A DNA stretch of 64,000 nucleotides from Tubulanus polymorphus (lineage: Eukaryota; Animalia; Nemertea): NCBI RefSeq assembly GCF_964204645.1, contig NC_134028.1:22936345-23000344 (forward strand). Direction: 5' to 3'. Below, in pieces: positions 37,541 to 49,060 of the stretch. The stretch's first letter is position 1; every line of letters starts with the position of its first letter. The notes under the pieces are model-generated. The model was not told where the DNA came from, did not search any database, and saw only the letters and a list, made by a program, of their open reading frames with translations. Made by a program: the position numbers and the translations under genes.

Positions 37541-39219
37541 ATCCCCCTATTTGTACATATATAGATATATTGCACATTGCTACCAGGAAAGGACCACAAA
37601 TTCATACCACATCGGATTGTGTGTAACATGTGTTTGGTTTTATTCTAACATAAAGGTATCATCTATTTGTGCACATATATTACAAACTGTTTAATCTGTT
37701 CCGTGTATGTTATTTCATACATATTCAATATGATAAAAACCCCTTGAATCGCGAGTTAATCATTTCACAATGAGCGACATGAAAAGTGGGGACTGTTTTT
37801 GCAAAACTGCCTCAGGAATTCTGCATCGACAGATATGAATTGAGGTACGGTAAAATATCGACAACAATTTTTCATGAATTTCCGTCCGATAAAACATCAA
37901 CTGAAGTCAAGTAACTCAGCAAACTGTTTAAGCTTTTTCGGGTTAGTTTAGATGTCGAAAATTCTTACTTTATCTATTCGGTATTTTCACAAAGCCTTTG
38001 ATTAGGGGGGGGGGATAAGTTTTATAGCTTTGTGCTGAAACTGGCGAACGTTTTATGTCGCATTCAATATTTACGCTTCTATTGACATAGCTTGATTGGA
38101 ATATCGGTCGCATCTCAGTGAACTGAACAAGAATCTCCATTGACTGCGATGATAAGAAATATATTTTTTTCGCCTACGATAACATCGTCAAATTACCACC
38201 GATGACACGTCAGTTGAATAACTAGTAAGGTTGCCAAAAAGAAACACTATGGCAATGAGTAACCATTCCGTCAATTAAATGAGGCGACTAAGCACAATTT
38301 ACATTGAATAGAATAATAGTATATTCGTAGAAAATAGAAAAATAATTTCCAACATGAATAGATAAGACATATGATCATCAGAAATTATACAGTATCAGAA
38401 ATATCCATTTGCTTCATGATTTTCCCCATATTTGGTATACACGCGTAAGCCTAGTCGCTATCTGTAACCTATTTTGATTCAACGTGGTACATGGGAACTT
38501 CGTAACCCCATATTGACATATCTAGGCATGTGATGACCGATAGATGGCGCTTCCTACAAAATAACCGTATTTTCATCAATTAATGATGAAGACTGATCTC
38601 GATGAAACTTCATAGGCTTCACAGTACGGGCATTCAAACCAGCAAGGCAGAAAACCCGTTATCGCTGATTTGCGGCTATGTTTATTTAACGTTTTCTCTC
38701 TGATTAATTCAGCGCTAATTCAATCCGCCCGTTTGATTATGTCAAAACCTGTTTTTCTACGCGAAATATTTAACATCGATTATCGCGTAGGCCCGCCGTC
38801 GTGTTCGTTTCACATGCGAACTAACAAAATCGACTGCAATACCAATACGCGATCTTATATGAAGACGGTGTGACAGATATTTGTTTTAAATTGTTGAAAC
38901 CTCCGTGTTTTATCCGTCGCACGATTACTTTTGCTTTACTCAAATAGATCATCTATCAATGTTACTTGTCGATCTATTTATTGATTATGATACACCTTCC
39001 ACGCGGTCACCGTTAGTTATCATGATACATATTATTGACTATTGATATAGAGGGTAAATTTCAGATATTTGTGTATCAAATATACAATACCGACTGTTTA
39101 ACGTTTAACTAGATTATAAGTGTGCGGTGGAAAGAATTTTAGTGTTAAATCCTACGCAGCTGTTTTAGTTGCGTGTAAAGCATCACTCACAGTAACCACT
39201 TATACTTTTATCATTCCAG

Positions 39220-39451
39220 GTGTCGCGACTATTAAACTACCCTAGCCCGACGACGACTGCTGATAATATTCGCGGTGTACGCAACGTACAACGACAGTCG
39301 GCACCTATTACTGGAGATGCGGCGAGAAACCGACGATGAAACAAAAATCTGATTTACAGCATCATGCGTCGATTGTATTTCAACTGAGCTGATAGACGAA
39401 AAAAGAAGAACAAAATCATTTCGATCGGTGTAACTGGACAGCGTGGCGAGA
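39220..39451 (+). other. 5' UTR part of the first coding exon, with splice acceptor and three uORFs
   Basis: Polypyrimidine tract plus acceptor tatacttttatcattccag|G at 39219/39220; uATGs at 39317, 39336 and 39364. Confidence 0.6.
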
Positions 39452-39864
39452 ATGGATCGGATACCGTGCAACGCAACTTTAGAAAATGCCACAGTACCGG
39501 GCTACCGTAAAAACGGCACCGACTCCCCGTGCGTGGCAATAAACCCGTTCGAAATATCGGAGGGAATTCAAGTAGTTTATTTCGTAGCTTTCGTTGTAAT
39601 GATTATCGTGGCTGCCGGGGGTAATATAATCGTTATATGGATTGTCGTGGCGCATAAACGGATGAGGACAGTTACGAACTATTTCTTGGTAAATTTGGCT
39701 TTAGCAGACGCGCTGATATCCGCGACTACGGTTATTTTCAATCTGATATATATGGTACGGTTACACTGGCCGTTCGGGGAGTTTTATTGTAAGTTCATGT
39801 ATTCGATGACGGTCAGCACGGTATCGGCTAGTGTACTCACCTTCATGGCTATCGCTATAGACAG
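39452..39864 (+). CDS. TACR: TACR-like coding exon 1 (N-terminus, TM1-TM3 up to DR)
   Basis: ATG at 39452 (MDRIPCNATLENAT..., three N-x-T sequons); ends ...ATAGACAG|GTAAAT. Confidence 0.93.
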
Positions 39865-42800
39865 GTAAATACTTATTCATTTTCTTTCTCTGTTTAATTA
39901 TACACCCTGTAAGTGTTTTATATCGCAGTGAAGTGGATAACAAGAGTTGTAACTGCGATACACCACACATGGCGTAATAGAATTACAGAAAAATACGTCA
40001 ATAAGGTCGACAGGTTTCGAGTTCTACGTTGTCTATTTTGATCGTAGTTTTCTTTGAGAACTAGATGAATATCATTTAGTTTAGTTCAGTAGAGTTTTAC
40101 GTCCCAACTGCAAGTAACGGTTAAATCCTAGAGTTTCTTAAGAGACGACCAGAACTTTTTTATAGGTTGTTATGGCTTCCAACCTGACTAAGTTAGCAGA
40201 GCTTTGTCCACGTATGTGTCTTGAAAGCCAACGCCAGAGGTGCAGTTCCGAACCAGGGGCCTATTGGTTCCCAACTGAGCTAATCGCACAGGACCAGCGA
40301 AAGGCGCGAAAAGTGTTGTAGATTTTCAACGATTAATAATTAGTAACTCCGCTACAATTCAGATGCCAATCATAAAACAGTCGCCAGAATATTAAATGGT
40401 TTTCGATTTGAAATCTACGTAAAATCATAAAATGACGAACATGATTTCTGCGAGCACTCGGCTCCTGACATCGAATTGTAAAATCAGTTCGAACACAATC
40501 CACACGAGCTCCTTCTGAAACACTCGACGTTTCTGCGTGGCGTATGCACGCGATGTGAAAAATATATCGACGAAATATGTTGTATTTTTATGATTACGTT
40601 TTAGCGTCAATATTAACAACGGAAGAATTTTTTCTACTTCCGAACGTCGCAGTACGAACCGCGGAAGTAATCATACGATTCGCGCGGGTAATTAGCACTA
40701 ACTTTCGGTGCAATAATTCAGATCGTGACAAACACGCGAATTAATGCTTCAGTATAGAGACAGTTTATGGCGGAAAACTTGCTAGAATGCGTACGCGGTG
40801 TCATAATTTTCATTATTGTTTAGTTAATGCATGACGACATTCGCAGAAATGTACATTTTTATTACGTATCTAACACCGATTCACAACGACGCCGTTTTCA
40901 CGAACTATCTTCATACAATAAGAATCTAGAGGTTTTCGTCAAGGCTGTTCCGTTGATCGTATCATTTCTTCCGGGAATGGAAGGCGGGCTTTCATGCAAA
41001 TCCATATTTATGGCTTCAATCGCCGCGTCAAAATATGGCAATTTAATCCTTAAAAAAGGTTTCGCGTATGTTTTTTTTCCGGAATTGATTAACAACGCTA
41101 ATTTTGTAATCGATTTCACGATTTAATGTTGTAATTTAATTCATTAGAGACCATTAGCTGGATGGAAGATAGTCTTTTATGAGGTGTAGTGGGTAGTATC
41201 TCTACGGGAGATAATTGCTGTTTCCACGCACTGCGTGATTCCACTTCAAAAATGATTCGATTTCAAAATGTTTTCTCGGTTAACGATTCAAAGTCTCGAC
41301 CAGCTGACACCACTCTGTATGTGTCTATAACATGTAGCACGAATCCGATGCGTTGTTTACTTTTTCATGGAAATATCGAATATTTCACCGCGGGATTTCG
41401 TCACGTTTGAATATGCATGTTGGTAACATCGGGTTCGAACCCAAATACGGGAACTGGTGACTCAGTCGGATTACGTCGACAGTTGGTTGGTTTTTGCTGT
41501 ATCCTGGGATGGAAGGTTACCCTCGACGACTTGAATACGATGAAGGGTTTTGGTTAGAGTTGGATTAGGCTATAATATCGTTAAGTTAGGTTACTTTTCA
41601 TCCTATATCAGGGGCGGATCCGAGGGGATGGGTGCGCACCCTCCCCCTAAAAGTGTCAAGTTTACCAGGAATTAACGAAAAAATTGAATACATTTACCAA
41701 ACTGATACCTCGACAAATTTAAGTTCATGAGCTTTCTCTGTATTCCCAAAAATGATTTTCTGCCCTGTGATAACTATATGATATGCCCGATATTGGGTAT
41801 GCACCCCTCCCTGAATCAGACCATAGATCCGCTGTATGCCATCATCATCAACCCCGTTGTTTGGGACCTTGGTGACAAAAGTAAGAAGTCACGGTTGACG
41901 TCTGGCGGGATATTATGACGCAATACACTGTGAACAATAAACGTGACGTCCGTGATTTAGTTCTAGTTGTTAACCGCAGACGTCAGAATGGCCGTCAGAT
42001 GGTCGCCATCCGTGTCACGGTGAAAGAAGCGATTCCATTTAACGATATTGGAAATAGAAATGGCGGCAAATTGCAATAGGCCATTCACCGTCCTAAACAA
42101 AGGATGTTTGATTAAAGCCATTAGTCAAAACATGTCGAATGCTGAAATTTTATATTCATAACAGCTTTTATGAAGTGTAGCTATTTGATAAAGCGAAGAG
42201 AGTGAATAGCGATTACTGAAAATATTTATGACCAGCCAGAAAAAAAAAAATTACAGAATTTGATGTTCTAGAATAGCATACAGAATTTGATGTTCTAGAA
42301 TACTTCAATTTGCTAAAGAAAACTAATTTAGATCATTAAACACCACAATATACCAGATTTTAGTAATGAATGAACGATATTCTCTCTGTACAGATATGTA
42401 GCGATAATTCATCCGTTACGACCGAGACTCGGTTCAAGGACAGTACTGGGTATAATAGGCGCTATCTGGATCTTGGCGATATTGATAGGTCTTCCGCCGA
42501 TGTTCGTGGCAGTTACCGATCATATACCAAACTCGGATAGAATAATGTGTTATCTCGAATGGCCCGATGGGGTAAGACAGAGTTGGGATTTCGGGTAAGT
42601 ACGACGCGGCTAGCGACGTGGCGATCTTCATTTGTACTTGATAAAGAATGATTTCTATCCTACTATTGGTTTTCAGGTATTCGATGTTGCAGCTTTTCAT
42701 TAACTATTTTCTGCCTTTGCTCGTACTAGCGGCTACGTACACGAGAATCGGACTGGAACTGTGGGGAAGCCAGACTATCGGTGAAAATACTCCCCGACAA

Positions 42801-45800
42801 GACGAAAGTATCAAGTCTAAAAAGAAGGTGTGGTTTGCCACTTTTTAGTTCAATGATTTTGTAAAATTCAGTGTGTTGCCTTAGCCTTGACACGGATTGT
42901 CAACGACACCAAGTCCCGTCCCTTTTGATTCAGGCCAAGGAGCGGATCTAGGCCTTTAGAGGGGTGGACCTGATATTTGATATGGGCATTTTTTATTTGA
43001 CAAAGGTATGTTTGGCAAGGCGAGGACCACAAGCCCGAAACATTGGTGGGGTGGAGGTTCTGACGGCCCTCCAACAGAAAGTTTAGAACAATAAGGGATT
43101 CTCTGGCTCTTATCTGGCCCATTTGGATTTATTTTTCATTTTTGTTTTATTGTCTTTGTAAAATAAATCTTCAGGGCTTCTTGGAGGGCACATTCGAATT
43201 TTGATGGTGATGGACCAATCCACAATCAAAATCCGTCTTTGCGCGCTATCTATGCCTATGCTTTAACCTCAGGCCATTTTCGATTTAAAGATCTGTGGTA
43301 AACTCCAGTTCAACTTAGAACCGGACCGGCGGTCACCCGTGATGAACAGTGTTACATATTCATTGGAATTCAAGTGGTTATCTCGGATCAAGCCAGGGCC
43401 TGGGATGCGTTTATCTAATCGAATCTTAACGAACCAATGCGACGATACTTTAAATTGAATTCGTTTTGAAAGTCGTGTTGAAATCCTGGCCTTTCACACA
43501 TCTATGCATCGTAATGCCCAACACGAATATTTTACGATGAGACGCTTGTCATTGCATCGGTAGAGAAAATCAATCCTTGCAAGTTTTGTTGAAAAGATGT
43601 AAAATCAGTCAACGAAAATGGAAAAGAATATTCCAGATGAATCGGAATAACGCGTAGAAACAATTCGATTGAAATTCTGCTAAAGGCAATTTTCTTGTTA
43701 ATTAAATAAACTGGTATCAATCCGTTTTATTCCTATTTCAAAATTCATTGACATTAAGTAAAGGAAAGCAATCATCTTAAAACCGAGGCCGAAGGCGATA
43801 TTTTGCAGTACGTAAGAAAGTATAGATCGAATCATTTTCGTAGCTCGAAGAGGACGAACTTTTTGCGCAAGAAGTTAATCATATTTCATTATATGATATA
43901 CTGCCAAGGAAATAAATGAATAAATATATACGTATATAAATTCTCCGTAAACAACGAAATAAGAAGTCATGGAAAAGTTTTCCAACAGAAACATTTCTCA
44001 GTAACTATAGGTAGACTTGATGGCATTAATGAAAGGACCCTATTTATAATCCCCTTAACACATTATTGTACTGAGTATTAGCTTAAAACAATGCTACAAG
44101 AATAAGTAAGTCAGCCAGAAAAGGAGGACAACTTATTCGTATAACTCTTTTTACCAAAAAGTAGCCAATCCCTTAATGGAACTAATATCGAAAAAATGGA
44201 TTGATGTACACCAATGGTTGACACGACGATCAGGTCTGTGAATGTAATTTCTTGCTTTTTTTAAGGTTGTTAAGATGATGATTATTGTGGTGCTGATATT
44301 CGCCATTTGCTGGTTACCGCAGCATATCTACTTCCTGTTGACAACGATACACCCTTCAATAGAGAACGCCCCGGGTATCAACCATATATATTTGGTTATC
44401 TGGTGGTTCGCTATGTCGAACTCGATGTATAACCCGTGGATATATTGCTACATGAATGCCAGGTAAATATTCGCATCAATCATATTCCTTGACGTCGAAA
44501 ATTCACCGGCGTCTTTTTCACGACGGAAACTTTTTACGCGACGCACGATAATACAGTTCGTGATTACTGCGATAAATGCTGGTGTTGATCCGAGTTGAGA
44601 ACCTCCAACGTTCCCAGTCTGATGAAAACATCGCCCTGGTAGTACAGTAATCCCTAATACCCGTTTGGTCCGGTGGATAGTTCTGCTCTGTAAAACCTAT
44701 TGCTCGTATAGATATAACTCGGTAAAGCAGTTAGAAAACTTAAGACCAGTCGTGAATTAGCTCGAGATGAAAGGTCTACTGAAATTTCTTAAATCTTGAT
44801 GATCATTAGGTGCTACTACATCATTCTCGTCTTGTTCAAGACGTCTTAATTAGACAAGGCGTGTTAATCATCGTTTCCTCTCACGGAGTCAGGACTCATT
44901 AGAAAGTCCTTCTGCGATTAACTGTACTGAATGTTATACGGTTCATCGAATTGTCCACGGTATATTTAAAACTCGTTAAACGCCGTTGACCGCATGTTTG
45001 CGCATTAGCGACAGCGTTCCCAATGAGATGGGTGGTTGAATTTGATTTGCAAATCATTTGAAATAAGGGTAAAATTCAAGTCGTTGATTGGACGGGTAAA
45101 GAGGTAATATCCTGCAGTAGAGACAGGGGTGGACACCAATTAAACAACGTTCAGTTGATGATACTGAATATCGTTAGTCTGAAGACTGGGGCACCTGGAG
45201 GTCTTGCTCTTGAAAATTATGAAATATGAAGCCGGCTATGCATTTCTTGTTTTAAGACCTTCTGGCCACCTAGTAGTAATACGTACCATATATTCTAAGA
45301 CGGAGTTATCTGTGCCAATTTCTTTGTAAAATATGGAACAAATAAACTTTGAAACTTTGAAGACGAACGGTAATGCCCTGAAGTAGTTGGTCAAGATTTT
45401 TTCCAGTCACTTTTAGAGCGGGTGCCCTGGTGCCCTCGCCCTAAAATATTACCTGATTACGGACTATAGAAACCCTAACCGAACCTGTAGGGAACCAGTC
45501 AGAACCAGCTGAACTAATCATCATTTTCTCCTCTCAGATATCTGCTCCGTCTGAACGGATTGTTTTCCGTTGGCATTTATCGACGAAAAGATCCAATATT
45601 CCACAGTTTCTGATCGTTTTAACACCTGCTCGACAATATAGTTACTAATCGCAGTCCTGTGGCTAGGTACTGCATATGTCTCATGAGTTTCACTTGCAGA
45701 AAATCTATCCGAAGTTCGGTTGTGGGTGAACAAACATCAAATACAATCAATTTCGTGTTTTCGGTTGGTTAGAAATCTCGGAAATGAATTTTTCTTGACG

Positions 45801-46768
45801 ATATTTTATCGCGTTTATAAGGCTTGATATCTGTGTCGATTGTTAGTTAAACATTTAAAATTAACATCGAGAATCCGGATAAAATGAATATGTATAGTTG
45901 AGATTGAAAGCATCAGATAATAGATTATCAAATAGGAGAATAGCCCGTACACTCTGACGCAGAGAACATACGTTTTAAACCTACTATATACAAAGTTTAA
46001 GATATCAAAAACAAATTTCATCAAACATTACAATCTAGACACGACATTTTGACTTCTCGCTAGCGAACATCGCCAGGTTTGATCTCTGGGTTTGGAACTT
46101 ATTAGATTATCAAATGACAGAATGATAAAATTTTGAAGTGTATCATCAAATGGGATCTATATCGCTGGAGAGGTGGCATTTATCGCTAAAAGCTGTTTAT
46201 GCAATATGTGTTGTATGATGCAGGTGGCATGTTAAAACATATTGCAAAGTTTCGAGATGTTATCGATTGAAAATATAGAGCTATATATACTTAATAAGCT
46301 ATAACCAACAGTTGAAGCTAAACATTTATTTTCTGACTTTCGGAGTTCCCATCATCAGAGAAAAAAATAAATGAATAAAATTGAATTTCATTAATAGATA
46401 AATATCAGTTAACCAGTCAAGTTATATATAAGGTTTTTGCTGCTTTTACAGAAAGCCCGTTAGCCCGTTATCGCTGCTTTGCGGCTATATTTGTGTAAGT
46501 TTTTATTTTTCTTCAATTTGATAGATTTCGACACGGTTTTAAGTTGGCATTTTCGTGGCTCCCGTGCGTGAAATTGAAACCGTCGGATACGATCGGTTTG
46601 GGACCGAGCCTGGCGTTAAACTCAACCGTACAATACAGCATGACCGAGACAACCAGGTGGGAACGTAACGGTTCAGTCGGACACAGCGGCCACCATTTAT
46701 TACGAAGAGCCGATACCGAGGAAGGCCGACCGTTTCAGGATATTCCGTTAGAATCATACAGACGATAG
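39452..46768 (+). CDS. TACR: Tachykinin-receptor-family class A GPCR, 5 coding exons: join(39452..39864,42394..42594,42677..42827,44266..44462,46525..46768), 1206 nt = 401 aa + stop
   Basis: Motifs GN(TM1), HKRMRTVTNYFLVNLALAD, WPFG..YCKF, AIDRY.AIIHPLRPRL, KKKVVKMM, FAICWLP, MSNSMYNPWIYCYMNARFRHGF. All introns are GT-AG with compatible phases (2,2,0,2) and the exon lengths sum to a multiple of 3. Confidence 0.93.
40240..40289 (-). mobile_element. tRNA-derived SINE head remnant (element may extend to ~40075)
   Basis: rc GTGCGATTAGCTCAGTTGGGAACCAATAGGCCCCTGGTTCGGAACTGCAC: A-box and B-box-like motifs. Confidence 0.45.
41609..41838. mobile_element. MITE-like element, CAGGGGCGGAT TIR family, in GPCR intron
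   Basis: CAGGGGCGGATCCGAGGGG ... TAGATCCGCTGTATG; GGGT..GCACCC repeated near both ends. Confidence 0.6.
42394..42594 (+). CDS. TACR: TACR-like coding exon 2 (ICL2, TM4, ECL2)
   Basis: tctctctgtacag|A TAT GTA GCG gives (R)YVAIIHPLRPRLGSRTVLGIIGAIWILAILIGLPPMFVAVTDHIPNSDRIMCYLEWPDGVRQSWDFG; donor GG|gtaagt. Not listed in the ORF track. Confidence 0.92.
42677..42827 (+). CDS. TACR: TACR-like coding exon 3 (TM5, ICL3)
   Basis: ttttcag|G TAT TCG... YSMLQLFINYFLPLLVLAATYTRIGLELWGSQTIGENTPRQDESIKSKKK|gtgtgg; preceded by an 82-nt intron. Confidence 0.92.
42936..43241. mobile_element. MITE-like element, CAGGGGCGGAT TIR family (decayed), in GPCR intron
   Basis: CAAGGAGCGGATCTAGG ... AAATCCGTCTTTG. 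Confidence 0.45.
44266..44462 (+). CDS. TACR: TACR-like coding exon 4 (TM6, ECL3, TM7)
   Basis: tttttttaag|GTT GTT AAG ATG ATG ... NPWIYCYMNA AG|gtaaat. Confidence 0.93.
46323..46373 (-). ncRNA. Minimal type I hammerhead ribozyme-like motif, antisense in the last GPCR intron
   Basis: rc = CATTTATTTTTTTCT-CTGATGA-T-GGGAACTCC-GAAA-G-TC-AGAAAATAAATG; long stem I, intact core, vestigial stem III. Confidence 0.5.
46525..46768 (+). CDS. TACR: TACR-like coding exon 5 (helix 8, C-terminal tail)
   Basis: tttcttcaatttgatag|A TTT CGA CAC GGT TTT gives (R)FRHGFKLAFSWLPCV...ESYRR*; putative palmitoylation Cys and Ser/Thr-rich tail. Confidence 0.9.
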
Positions 46769-47829
46769 AATGGACGGAGATACCCGTTGTTAGACCTTCT
46801 CCCGTGGAAGCCGCTTTTTCTAAGTAATCACGATTCAAGACCAGTCTACTAAATATGAATATGTAGTTTGGACCGAAGTTCGTTATATAGAATATAGTTT
46901 ATACTGTTATGAGACGATTTAATGTATATATTGTTTTTGATGTCAAACGCCTAAAGACTGTCAACTATCAATTATTCTATCTCTTTCTACTTCGTACTGT
47001 GTAAATATATCAATCTGCCGATGATCGGAGGAAAATTTGTTGTGAATATGATCGAGATGGACGAGATATGAATTGTTTGTTTGTTAAAACATAAGGAATA
47101 TAAGGGTGGATTTTGTTCTGAAAACCATGTTATATACCGACGATTTTTAAGATGAACGATACCTTTGTAGAATATGAACACCATTGTATTTTGTGCGTGT
47201 TTATACGAGATTTTCTGTCCTCCAAGGTAACTAGATACATTGTATACAAATTGATGGAAAACGGAGCTTTGCAAGATGCCCTGATAGATCCATTCAGGCG
47301 ACACCTAGTGGCTCCTAGATGTATCATCATAATTATCAAATATATCTTTGTTGTGATTACGTTGTTGTCGATAAAATTTCATGTCGAAGAAATTTGTTTT
47401 TAGAGAGCAGAAAACATTGCCTATCTATTCCAGCTGTAGAATAGATCATGACGAGTTGAGTTTTGCTTGCTTTAAGCGTGTTGGTCCAAGCTGTAAATTT
47501 TCCCAGGTCAAAAACCTTGTGTTACAAACGGTGGTGACAAAAAATACCGTATTGCCCTTATTTCACATTATATCACTTCGTAAATGTAACTTCGTAAGCA
47601 ATCTTACTATTTCATTATAGAAACGACTGTAAACCAAACCAAACATCAACTTAGACCGCTGCTCAAATATTCAGATGAACTAATGTTTATCACCGAATAC
47701 TAAAGTTACATTTATCATTTTCAGTACTTCGTGGGCGCTGAGATATAAGGAGGAATTTAATAAGTGTTTTCGTTTAACTATGAATATTCTCATCCTCGCT
47801 TGTCAGGGGCCCAGTATCGCTCCCAGATT

Positions 47830-48032
47830 CGGGGAGCGGCTTTAGCTTAGTGGGTTCGAATCCCTTGACGGGTGTGAAGATGGAATATCCTATGAATTTT
47901 GTAAATTGTAAAAAGACTCATCTGTATAGCGTGTGACATACTTGGCTTCGTCGTATTATGATATAAAACAATTAATTGATTAACGATTATTATTACATAT
48001 CGAATTAGTATCATATCATATCATATCATATC
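47830..48032 (+). mobile_element. SINE-like remnant in the putative 3' UTR
   Basis: B-box GGGTTCGAATCCC near 47852 and an (ATATC)n tail at 48009-48032. Confidence 0.35.
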
Positions 48033-48077
48033 TAATTTAGTCAAAAATGTACATGAAACCAAATGATGTTGATCCGA

Positions 48078-48098
48078 AATAAAATGTTTCAAAATAAA
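48078..48098 (+). terminator. Candidate polyadenylation signals (AATAAA x2) of the GPCR gene
   Basis: First AATAAA hexamers I found downstream of the stop (48078, 48093), implying a ~1.3 kb 3' UTR. Confidence 0.4.
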
Positions 48099-48804
48099 CT
48101 GATCGTTTTCATTTCATTCGAGTATATGCCTTAGAATCGTATTCTCTCAGTATTACGGTCGTTTCTTTTTGAAGTCGCCATGCCAAGACGAAACCGATGA
48201 AGGACACAAGCGCCAAACTCTACCAAACCAAATCAAGCATTTAGATCATGGTTTTTTTCTGTCGTTTCGAGAAATGAGGACAAAATACGGTTGCAATAAA
48301 GAAGTCGTTTCCTATAAAGAGAGATAAAGGAAAATAGGTTTCAGTTGTTTATCATGACAAACACAGATTGAGCTCAAATAAAAAAAATTGCTTGGCTGAA
48401 AATATATGCGCATACGTTTATTGAGATTTTTGGGTCATGTCAAGTTGTTTTTTAAATGAATGATTATAGCGGTAGAACGCACCATACACTAACAGACAGA
48501 CACAGACCTGGCTTTCGCAAATATACACGCATCACGTAGGCCCCTGTTCGTTGTTTGTGACCTACGTACTAACTTCACAAGGTTATTCCGGATCCAGTCG
48601 AACTATAACCTACAGAATATATGAAACCTTTTCAAATGAAATAAATGAAAATTGTGTTAATCGAAATTCAACATGAATAATTTACTGTGACTCAATTTCT
48701 TTAGAAGGACATCTAGTAAGGTCCAGTACACTTCTTGTTGCACTGAGACCCAAAGTTTATGCACGTCACGTGATAGCGCATCATATCGGCGTCGACTTTT
48801 CCAT

Positions 48805-49060
48805 CGACTTTTTTTATCTTAATAGGGATTGACCCTCTAATTATTAGTAGATTTTTTATTTGTTTTGATTTGGTGTCCCTAACAAACCCACCACACCTGC
48901 GAGGAGAGAAATACGGGGTTTGCCTTTGAAATCGGTAATCGAAGTAACAGATGTTTGATCCTATCGAAGTACATAATCGAAATTTCGGTTCCGGTTCATT
49001 CGAACAATCTTCCAATCAGCCTGAACCGGCAAGCGAATGATTGGGGTTAATTTTGTTGGC
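48805..49060 (+). repeat. Dispersed repeat, copy 2
   Basis: Colinear similarity to 11430-11640, including exact AAACCCACCACACCTGC. Confidence 0.65.

Noticed and set aside
39443-39451. GTG start given by the ORF track
   Set aside because: Eukaryotic gene; the in-frame ATG at 39452 is the more likely start
42252-42302. 24-bp direct repeats (also 56402-56464 and 52305-52450) as CRISPR-like repeats
   Set aside because: Only two units each, eukaryotic context, no cas genes; simple local duplications
42572-42577. Alternative donor GGG|GTAAGA inside exon 2
   Set aside because: Phase 0, incompatible with the phase-2 acceptor of exon 3; would frameshift
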